DNA of 4,670 nt from a virus (Duplodnaviria; Heunggongvirae; Uroviricota; Caudoviricetes). The stretch lies in IMG/VR virus record IMGVR_UViG_2778261383_000001; one strand, given 5' to 3'. This document shows, piece after piece, positions 1-4,670 of this stretch. A program made the position numbers and the translations under genes. Each line of letters opens with the position of its first letter. Position 1 is the first letter of the stretch. The notes below the pieces were generated by a model. The model had not been told where the DNA came from. It did no database searches and saw only the letters and a list, made by a program, of their open reading frames with translations.

Positions 1-1065
1 TGTTGGCGTTCCGGTCAGTGCAGGACTATTTAAGGGCGCTTTCTTGTTCGTTTCATCCATTACCGCCTTAACAGCTTTCGATGTCGCGGCCAGTGTTTCA
101 GACGTGCTGTTGGTGGCACTACTGAGCTGGACTATCCCTTTTTGTGCCGTCGTGGCGTCCTGAGCGGTATATTTTGCGTTAGCAAGGTCATACGCGGCCT
201 TTACTGCTTTCGGCGTTGCAGCCTGCGTTTCAGACGTGCTGTTGGTGGCGCTACTGAGCTGGACAAGGCCTTTTCGCGTCGTGCTGGCATCCTGCGCAGT
301 ATATTTACCGTTAGCAAGGTCATACGCGGCCTTTACTGCTTTCGGCGTTGCAGCCTGCGTTTCAGACGTGCTGTTGGTGGCGCTACTGAGCTGGACAAGG
401 CCTTTTCGCGTCGTGCTGGCATCCTGCGCAGTATATTTACCGTTAGCAAGGTCATACGCGGCCTTTACTGCTTTCGGCGTTGCAGCCTGCGTTTCAGACA
501 CGCTGTTAGTGGCGCTACTGAGTTGAACAAAGCCTTTTGCGGTCAGCGAGGCGTCCGGGTGACGTCGTGACTGTTCATGCTCTTTCAGTTTGTCATCCAC
601 GTAATCCACTGTGGCCATCACCATGGTGTTATCCACGGTAAGCACCACGGTGGCAGTGCTGGATACGGTCAGAATGGTGCGAAATGTTTGTGCACGACCG
701 GACCCTTCGGCAACGGCTGGCTTGTAACTTTCGGCAGTATTGCCCACCGCGATTAAATCGCCGTGCTCATCAAATACACCAATTTCCCGGATCCAGAATC
801 CGCCCGTTTCAGGAGGAATAACCAGCTCCGCAATAATGCGGTTCTGATGTGTTGCGTCCAGGATGACGCGATTAACAGTATGTCGCCACACCTCATGCAC
901 CAGACGGGTCTGCTTACTGTCTGGTGTGGGCAACGTGCCGCCACCGTCGCCCACGGCCATATGAGTCAGGCGGACAGGCTTACCATCTGGCGCGGCTGCC
1001 TGAGCTAATTTTTTGGCACCCGTATCGGTGATAACGGTTTTAAATTTACGTGTTGTGGTACTCAT
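1..1065 (-). CDS. H: Tail fibre protein (P2 gpH-like), N-terminal 355 codons; partial, 3' end lies beyond the left edge of the window
   Basis: ATG at 1065-1063 on the minus strand, 2 nt after the gpI stop (1068-1070). I translated the frame by hand and it stays open to position 1, which is why it is missing from the ORF track. N-terminus MSTTTRKFKTVITDTGAKKLAQAAAPDGKPVRLTHMAVGDGGGTLPTPDSKQTRLVHEVWRH...IIAELVIPPETGGFWIREIG...AESYKPAVAEGSGR...VDYVDDKLKEHEQSRRHPDASLTAKGF closely resembles the P2 H tail-fibre N-terminal domain as I remember it. It is followed by four ~44-aa phage tail fibre repeats (KGxVQLSSATNSTSETxAATPKAVKAAYDLA) and ends ...KAVMDETNKKAPLNSPALTGTPT at the window edge. Upstream SD is weak, so translational coupling to gpI is likely. 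Confidence 0.9.
   Translation of the reverse strand, partial: MSTTTRKFKTVITDTGAKKLAQAAAPDGKPVRLTHMAVGDGGGTLPTPDSKQTRLVHEVWRHTVNRVILDATHQNRIIAELVIPPETGGFWIREIGVFDEHGDLIAVGNTAESYKPAVAEGSGRAQTFRTILTVSSTATVVLTVDNTMVMATVDYVDDKLKEHEQSRRHPDASLTAKGFVQLSSATNSVSETQAATPKAVKAAYDLANGKYTAQDASTTRKGLVQLSSATNSTSETQAATPKAVKAAYDLANGKYTAQDASTTRKGLVQLSSATNSTSETQAATPKAVKAAYDLANAKYTAQDATTAQKGIVQLSSATNSTSETLAATSKAVKAVMDETNKKAPLNSPALTGTPT
58..555 (-). repeat. Tandem array of about four 132-bp (44-codon) units inside the tail-fibre CDS (phage tail fibre repeat); two central units are identical at the nucleotide level
   Basis: Direct comparison of x with x+132: the motif gtttcagac recurs at 95, 227, 359 and 491 on the plus strand, and ggtca at 186, 318 and 450. 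Positions 177..499 are perfectly periodic with period 132; the outer units are diverged. Encoded units: DASLTAKGFVQLSSATNSVSETQAATPKAVKAAYDLANGKYTAQ / DASTTRKGLVQLSSATNSTSETQAATPKAVKAAYDLANGKYTAQ / DASTTRKGLVQLSSATNSTSETQAATPKAVKAAYDLANAKYTAQ / DATTAQKGIVQLSSATNSTSETLAATSKAVKAVMDE... Confidence 0.92.
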
Positions 1066-1067
1066 GC

Positions 1068-1598
1068 TTAATCGTCCGGATAAATGGTAATGACTTCGCC
1101 GTCGTAAGTTGCTGCCGCCGCGAAAATATCTCCCTGAATCTCCTGAATGATATTCAGCCCTGTCATGTGGCGGCTGACCGGGCGGGCATCAGCAATCAAC
1201 CGCTCCATTTCCAGATACATTTCCTCCGTCACGCCACTGTCCAGCGTGCCGACTTCAACGGTAAATGTTCCCGGTTCTCCGCCGAACTCCCACCACTCAG
1301 ACACGCGAATGAGGTATCCCAGCGGCTCAATGGCCCGGCGCAGTGCGCTGATGGTCCCTTTGTGTCGGTGTATCAGCCATGCATCACGAATCACCTGTCG
1401 CTTTGTCTCTTCCGGCCAGTTGCGATCCCAGCGGTCAACGGAAAATGCCCAGGCGAGATAAGGCAGCAGATGCACCGGGCAGGTGTCCGGTGACCACAGC
1501 GTGTTGAGGTCTACCGGGATGTCTGTAATGCGCGCTCCGACAGCTTCGGCGCAACGCATGAAATTGCTGGCTGATGGCGGTAACAGTGAATTACTCAT
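1068..1598 (-). CDS. I: Baseplate/tail protein I (P2 gpI-like), 176 aa
   Basis: ORF-track entry 1068..1631, trimmed to the internal ATG at 1598-1596. The 1631 start is a GTG with no obvious SD, whereas the ATG has AGGTGG (plus 1604..1609) 5 nt upstream. Product MSNSLLPPSASNFMRCAEAV...LWSPDTCPVHLLPYLAWAFSVDRWDRNWPEETKRQVIRDAWLIHRHKGTISALRRAIEPLGYLI...MERLIADARPVSRHMTGLNI...TYDGEVITIYPDD matches the P2 gpI family, and 176 aa equals the P2 gpI length as I remember it. Overlaps the J stop by 8 nt. Confidence 0.9.
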   Translation of the reverse strand: MSNSLLPPSASNFMRCAEAVGARITDIPVDLNTLWSPDTCPVHLLPYLAWAFSVDRWDRNWPEETKRQVIRDAWLIHRHKGTISALRRAIEPLGYLIRVSEWWEFGGEPGTFTVEVGTLDSGVTEEMYLEMERLIADARPVSRHMTGLNIIQEIQGDIFAAAATYDGEVITIYPDD

Positions 1599-2487
1599 TA
1601 CGCCCACCTTCGCTGATGGTGAATGACTCACAGCGCGCCGCCTGTATGTCGCTGATGGCCATATTCTGTGTGGGTTCGATTATCTCCACGCGTTGCACGC
1701 CGTGCACATGAAGTGCGGCAGCAATGGCTGACAACGCCACGTCCTGACCAATAAGCCCCTGCTCAGCCAGCCACTTCCTGAACGACGATTCAGCCGCAGC
1801 CAGAATAGGTTCGGATTCCGGGCCGGGGTAAAAGTACAGTTTTGCATTCAGCCGCCATGTCACGATGCTGGCGCTCTGTACGGTCAGTCGGTCGGCCACC
1901 GGGCGGGTATCCTCTGCATTCAGAACGGCGCGAACGGTATTAAGCAACGCCTCCGTTGCTGTGCCGTCGCCTTCAGTGGACAGAATGGAAACCGTCACAC
2001 AGGCCGGAGACGGGCTGATGGCCCGCGCATCACGCACCAGACCGCTGGCGCTGCGTGCAAAATACTCGTATGCACCTGACGGGCCAGCAACACTCAGGCC
2101 GTCATACGCCCGCTGCGCCCGCAGTCTCAGCGAGGTGTCGCTCTCCATCACCGCGTCGGTGGTATCCGTTGCCGGAGTGATAACCAGGCGCTTTGTGTTC
2201 ATATTGCCCGCGAGGTTGTCCAGGTTTGTCCCTGAACCGTGGCTTAACATGCAGGCGCGTGCGCCCTCGTTAACCCGCTGGCGTAACAGCATTTCACGAA
2301 ACGACATGGTTTGAGCGATAACGTTCAGGGGTTCTGATTCCAGCTCCAGCGCGGCGGAGACGGCTTCACGCTGTTCGGCAGGATAGGACGCAATCATCAT
2401 GGCCTTTGTGTCAGCCAGAATTGCCTCAAAATCAGGCTCCGCGATGATGGCGGGTTCCGGTAACTGGGAAAGATCAACAGCAGGCAT
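1591..2487 (-). CDS. J: Baseplate assembly protein J (P2 gpJ-like; T4 gp6-like baseplate wedge), 298 aa
   Basis: ATG start 2487-2485, 3 nt after the W stop; stop 1591-1593. MPAVDLSQLPEPAIIAEPDFEAILADTKA...ELESEPLNVIA...RQRVNEGARACML...SLRLRAQRAYDGLSVAGPSGAYEYFARSASGLV...SPSPACVTVSILS...RPVADRLTVQSASIV...LYFYPGPESEPILAAA...LHVHGVQRVEI is collinear with P2 gpJ as I recall it (P2 J is about 302 aa). Confidence 0.93.
   Translation of the reverse strand: MPAVDLSQLPEPAIIAEPDFEAILADTKAMMIASYPAEQREAVSAALELESEPLNVIAQTMSFREMLLRQRVNEGARACMLSHGSGTNLDNLAGNMNTKRLVITPATDTTDAVMESDTSLRLRAQRAYDGLSVAGPSGAYEYFARSASGLVRDARAISPSPACVTVSILSTEGDGTATEALLNTVRAVLNAEDTRPVADRLTVQSASIVTWRLNAKLYFYPGPESEPILAAAESSFRKWLAEQGLIGQDVALSAIAAALHVHGVQRVEIIEPTQNMAISDIQAARCESFTISEGGRNE
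1604..1609 (-). promoter_or_regulatory. Shine-Dalgarno (AGGTGG) for the gpI ATG start, embedded in the 3' end of J
   Basis: Minus-strand AGGTGGGCGTA-ATG: AGGTGG 5 nt upstream of the ATG at 1598. Confidence 0.5.
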
Positions 2488-2490
2488 GAT

Positions 2491-2841
2491 TTACTCTCTC
2501 AGCGTGATGGTTAATTCAACATTCTGCATGGTCTGCATGACAGTGCCCGACAGCGTCACCCCGGCGCGGCCTCCTGCCTTCCAGACAACGTCGATGGCGT
2601 CCAGGGCAATGCGGGGTTCCCATCGTGTCAGCGCAATCACGGCAGCACTCATGCATTGCAGACGCGTGGTGTTATTCATGGGTTCGTCAATCAAATCAGG
2701 CACAAGGCTGCCATATTCCCGTCGCATAACCCGGCTTGCCAGCGGGGTGATCAGGATGTCCCTGACTGACTGTTTCAGGTGCTCCATATCGTTCAGGTTT
2801 CCCGTCCCGTCCGGGTTCATTCCTGTGTAGCGGGTTGTCAC
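2491..2841 (-). CDS. W: Baseplate protein W (P2 gpW-like; gp25/lysozyme-like baseplate wedge family), 116 aa
   Basis: GTG start 2841-2839 with a strong SD AGGAGG (plus 2848..2853) 6 nt upstream; overlaps the V stop in a GTGA junction. MTTRYTGMNPDG...SVRDILITPLASRVMRREYGSLVPDLIDEPMN...IALTRWEPRIALDAIDVV resembles P2 gpW (MTARYLGMNR..., about 115 aa) from memory. Confidence 0.9.
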   Translation of the reverse strand: MTTRYTGMNPDGTGNLNDMEHLKQSVRDILITPLASRVMRREYGSLVPDLIDEPMNNTTRLQCMSAAVIALTRWEPRIALDAIDVVWKAGGRAGVTLSGTVMQTMQNVELTITLRE

Positions 2842-3419
2842 TGCGGGCCTCCTGTCGAATCGCTGCCACCTTTAACGCCACCGTGCTTATGCGTATGCAC
2901 GGTAATGCCGTTTGAGGTGAAATTGCCGCCGCTGTGCGTGATATTGCCGCTCATCTTTCCCTCTTTTGTGACGTCAAGCGTCGCCGTTCTCAGAAGGTTT
3001 GTGCATTCCACGACGGGCGTATCCAGTGTCACGCTGACGGATGCCTGCAGGGTGGCTGTTTTCATGCCGCTGGCGCTCAGTGCGCCAGCGTCTGCGTCGT
3101 AGCGGAACACCGCGCCATCCGGCGCGCTGACCACGATTTCTTTCAGGCTTTTGCCGGGGGCCGGACTGGCATCACTCCACAGGCTGCCAATTATCATGGC
3201 GGTTTCCGGGTTGCCGCCAATGCAGGCAATTACCACCTGTTCGCCTGGTGATGGCGGCAGCCACACATTGAAGGCTCCCGCGCGCGTGGTGTTCCAGCGC
3301 AACCAGCCTGTTTCCAGTTCGCCGCTGCGAACGCGCACGCGCCAGGACTTCTCATCAACTTCAGAGATGATCCCGGTGCGGATGATGTTGCTCAGCAGTC
3401 GCATGAGTTCTGCGCTCAC
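2838..3419 (-). CDS. V: Baseplate assembly protein V / central spike (P2 gpV-like, gp5-type OB-fold spike), 193 aa
   Basis: GTG start 3419-3417 with SD GGAGG (plus 3427..3431) 7 nt upstream; overlaps the S stop (GTGA). MSAELMRLLSNIIRTGIISEVD...GWLRWNTTRAGAFNVWLPPSPGEQVVIACIGGNPETAMIIGSLWSD...APDGAVFRYDADAGALSASGMKTATLQASVSVTLDTPVVECTNLL...GNITHSGGNFTSNGITVHTHKHGG matches the gpV spike family, including the conserved C-terminal HTHKH tip motif. An alternative internal ATG lies at 3404 but lacks an SD. Confidence 0.9.
   Translation of the reverse strand: MSAELMRLLSNIIRTGIISEVDEKSWRVRVRSGELETGWLRWNTTRAGAFNVWLPPSPGEQVVIACIGGNPETAMIIGSLWSDASPAPGKSLKEIVVSAPDGAVFRYDADAGALSASGMKTATLQASVSVTLDTPVVECTNLLRTATLDVTKEGKMSGNITHSGGNFTSNGITVHTHKHGGVKGGSDSTGGPQ
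2848..2853 (-). promoter_or_regulatory. Shine-Dalgarno (AGGAGG) for the gpW GTG start, embedded in the 3' end of V
   Basis: Minus-strand ACAGGAGGCCCGCA-GTG: AGGAGG with 6-nt spacing to the GTG at 2841. Confidence 0.55.
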
Positions 3420-4051
3420 CGTACAGCCTCCGCAATCCGGCCCAGCACCGTGTTATAAATCAGGCGCTCATCTGCCTGGCTGATACCCAACAGCTCACGT
3501 ACCGGGTAATCGGTGAAAATGCCCGGCGCAACCTGATCGCGCTCACCGAACTGATGAACGCGTGCAATACGTGCGGCCACGCCGCTGTAACCCACCGTCA
3601 CACCGGAGGCATCTGCACGGGCTTTCAGGTAGCGGGCGGTGCGCAGTTTTACGAACATGGGGACGCGCTTTGTGCTGTCCTGGTTGATGCGCCGGGTGCG
3701 TATTTCCAGAAAACGGTCGATGTCATCCCGGTAAAACGTGCGGATATTGTTTTTATCCTCATCCCACCCGGTAATGGTTCGCCCGTATTTCCCTGTGTCG
3801 TGATGCCAGTTTTTCAGCGTGCGTGCTTCGTTATTCCAGATAAAGCGAATGCGCTCCTGTATCCGGGTTACGCGGCGTCTGCGTGGTGTCCATTCGGTCC
3901 CGTCCGGCGCTTTTTGTGACCGGATACGTGCCTGCTGGGCGCGACGTAAATCCTGTGCCAGCTTTCTGGCGATGTTATTGATGGCCTGCTGATTCAGGCT
4001 GTCGCGGATAGCCTCAAAGGTTTCATCCACGCGGGTGAATGCCTTATCCAT
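3416..4051 (-). CDS. S: Tail completion / virion morphogenesis protein (P2 gpS-like), 211 aa from the ATG (214 aa if the GTG at 4060 is used)
   Basis: ORF-track entry 3416..4060 begins with GTG. I prefer the ATG at 4051-4049, which gives an 8-nt overlap with the R stop, but both starts have weak SDs and the choice is uncertain. N-terminal LRRAQQARIRSQKAPDGTEWTPRRRR and C-terminal MFVKLRTARYLKARADA...GVAARIARVHQFGERDQVAPGIFTDYPVRELLGISQADERLIYNTVLGRIAE are typical of the gpS / phage virion morphogenesis family. The protein is longer than the ~150 aa I remember for P2 gpS. Confidence 0.8.
   Translation of the reverse strand: MDKAFTRVDETFEAIRDSLNQQAINNIARKLAQDLRRAQQARIRSQKAPDGTEWTPRRRRVTRIQERIRFIWNNEARTLKNWHHDTGKYGRTITGWDEDKNNIRTFYRDDIDRFLEIRTRRINQDSTKRVPMFVKLRTARYLKARADASGVTVGYSGVAARIARVHQFGERDQVAPGIFTDYPVRELLGISQADERLIYNTVLGRIAEAVR
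3427..3431 (-). promoter_or_regulatory. Shine-Dalgarno (GGAGG) for the gpV GTG start, embedded in the 3' end of S
   Basis: Minus-strand GGAGGCTGTACG-GTG: GGAGG with 7-nt spacing to the GTG at 3419. Confidence 0.55.
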
Positions 4052-4511
4052 CGCTTTCACCCCACGTCACATCCTGGAATACATGCGACCAGTCGCCTTC
4101 GGAAGAAGGCAGACGGGGTTTTGGCTCCGGCAGGTGTTCTGCCTGCGGTGTGCCCTGACTGTTGCGCGTGATGCGAACGCGTTCCCGCAGGGGGAGCGTA
4201 AACAGGAGATCGGCGCTGTCATCGTCATTGATAACGGCAGAAAATTTGATGTCCTGATTACGCTCCGGATTGAGCAACAACTGTGGCTGATTTTCGGATA
4301 ACCACGCCAGCAGCGGCAGCGTGAGGTCGTCCAGCTCTCCGGCGTAATCCATGACAAACATCACCATCTGATAGCGGTAAACAAACGAGGGCGCTTCTCC
4401 GGTCGTTTCAATGTTGCCGCTCTCCACGAAAATGGTGAATTTCTCGGGATTAGCCTGGCACCACCGACACCCATGAAGCATGGACTCTCGCAGACTGTTT
4501 GTCTTAAGCAT
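4044..4511 (-). CDS. R: Tail completion protein R (P2 gpR-like), 155 aa
   Basis: ATG 4511-4509 with SD GGAGAG (plus 4520..4525) 8 nt upstream; stop TAA at 4044-4046. MLKTNSLRESMLHGCRWCQANPEKFTIFVESGNIETTG...PLLAWLSENQP... has the same length (155 aa) and position (immediately upstream of S) as P2 gpR. The family assignment is from memory and synteny. Confidence 0.85.
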   Translation of the reverse strand: MLKTNSLRESMLHGCRWCQANPEKFTIFVESGNIETTGEAPSFVYRYQMVMFVMDYAGELDDLTLPLLAWLSENQPQLLLNPERNQDIKFSAVINDDDSADLLFTLPLRERVRITRNSQGTPQAEHLPEPKPRLPSSEGDWSHVFQDVTWGESDG

Positions 4512-4519
4512 CTGTTTTG

Positions 4520-4525
4520 CTCTCC
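4520..4525 (-). promoter_or_regulatory. Shine-Dalgarno (GGAGAG) for gpR
   Basis: Minus-strand GGAGAG, 8 nt upstream of the R ATG (4511), within the 23-nt intergenic gap. Confidence 0.55.
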
Positions 4526-4534
4526 TGCTCTTCC

Positions 4535-4670
4535 TTATGCTGCGGGATTATTGATTTCCAGCACCAGGCTGCCGATATCGACGCCGTACGCGGCATTTTT
4601 AGTGATATCAGTTAACGTCAGCGCATTCAGCCCCAGTGTCAGACTGTCTTTTATGACCTGGAATGCCGGG
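4535..4670 (-). CDS. 3' end of an upstream ORF (last 45 codons, 5' end outside the window); possibly a lysis-module gene by P2 synteny, identity unresolved
   Basis: Hand translation of the minus strand from 4669 gives ...PAFQVIKDSLTLGLNALTLTDITKNAAYGVDIGSLVLEINNPAA then TAA at 4537-4535, 23 nt before the R start codon. In P2 the genes upstream of R are lysB/lysC, but this fragment is too short and too unfamiliar for me to assign. Confidence 0.4.
   Translation of the reverse strand, partial: PAFQVIKDSLTLGLNALTLTDITKNAAYGVDIGSLVLEINNPAA

Noticed and set aside
58-555. Tandem direct repeats that might be mistaken for a CRISPR array or a satellite/regulatory repeat
   Set aside because: The units are 132 bp, contiguous with no unique spacers, in-frame (44 codons) and inside a continuous ORF encoding a known tail-fibre repeat motif. 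This is a coding repeat, not a CRISPR array.
142-570. Plus-strand 142-aa ORF with an internally repeated peptide (VSKVIRGLYCFRRCSLRFRRAVGGATELDKAFSRRAGILRSIF x3), and the overlapping 236..526 ORF
   Set aside because: It is the antisense reading of the 132-bp tail-fibre repeat array: the repetition in the peptide simply mirrors the DNA repeat. The minus strand here encodes a well-supported tail fibre with a recognisable repeat motif, and the plus-strand peptide is Cys/Arg-rich with no recognisable family.
753-944. Minus-strand 63-aa ORF inside the tail-fibre region
   Set aside because: It is an out-of-frame ORF embedded in the gpH N-terminal domain; the in-frame H reading is continuous and homologous across this stretch.
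1599-1631. Longer gpI start at the GTG at 1631 (187 aa, as in the ORF track)
   Set aside because: No SD precedes the GTG and it would overlap J by 41 nt. The ATG at 1598 has an AGGTGG SD and gives the 176-aa length I remember for P2 gpI. Not fully excluded.
1050-3483. Plus-strand ORFs from the track (763..1008, 1050..1493, 1147..1461, 1865..2314, 2399..2830, 2779..3102, 2934..3251, 3151..3483)
   Set aside because: All lie antisense within the minus-strand gpH/I/J/W/V/S genes, lack convincing ribosome-binding sites and have low-complexity, Arg/Ser/Cys-rich translations. They are typical shadow ORFs in GC-rich coding DNA.
3554-4301. Plus-strand ORFs 3554..3919 and 4035..4301, and minus-strand ORF 4067..4357
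   Set aside because: They are antisense to, or out of frame within, the gpS and gpR coding sequences; no homology-like features or start signals.
1-4670. Search for defence systems, toxin-antitoxin pairs, tRNA/ncRNA genes, integrase or att sites, or a programmed frameshift
   Set aside because: None found: the minus strand is tiled end to end by structural genes with no gap beyond the 23-nt R leader. The known P2 tail frameshift (E/E') and accessory loci lie in other parts of the genome.

Overview
This window is one continuous minus-strand tail/baseplate operon of a P2-like (Peduovirus-type) myovirus, most likely a prophage in an enterobacterial genome; the host cannot be determined from the window. 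Read 5'->3' on the minus strand (high to low coordinates): the 3' end of an upstream ORF (4535..4670), gpR-like tail completion protein (4044..4511), gpS-like tail completion protein (3416..4051), gpV baseplate spike (2838..3419), gpW (2491..2841), gpJ (1591..2487), gpI (1068..1598) and the N-terminal 355 codons of the gpH-like tail fibre (1..1065, running off the left edge). The tail-fibre gene is missing from the supplied ORF track because it has no stop codon inside the window. Genes are tightly packed with 4-8 nt overlaps, and two start with GTG behind good Shine-Dalgarno sites. All protein identifications come from my reading of the translations against remembered P2 proteins and families; no database search was run. 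The tail fibre contains a four-unit array of 132-bp (44-codon) tandem repeats, two units identical at the nucleotide level; this array explains the spurious plus-strand ORFs at 142..570 and 236..526. I see no RNA genes, CRISPR array, mobile element, or defence/accessory cargo: this is an ordinary structural module and I do not find evidence of a novel system here. The points worth a second look are the perfect duplication in the fibre repeats and an apparently enlarged gpS-like protein.
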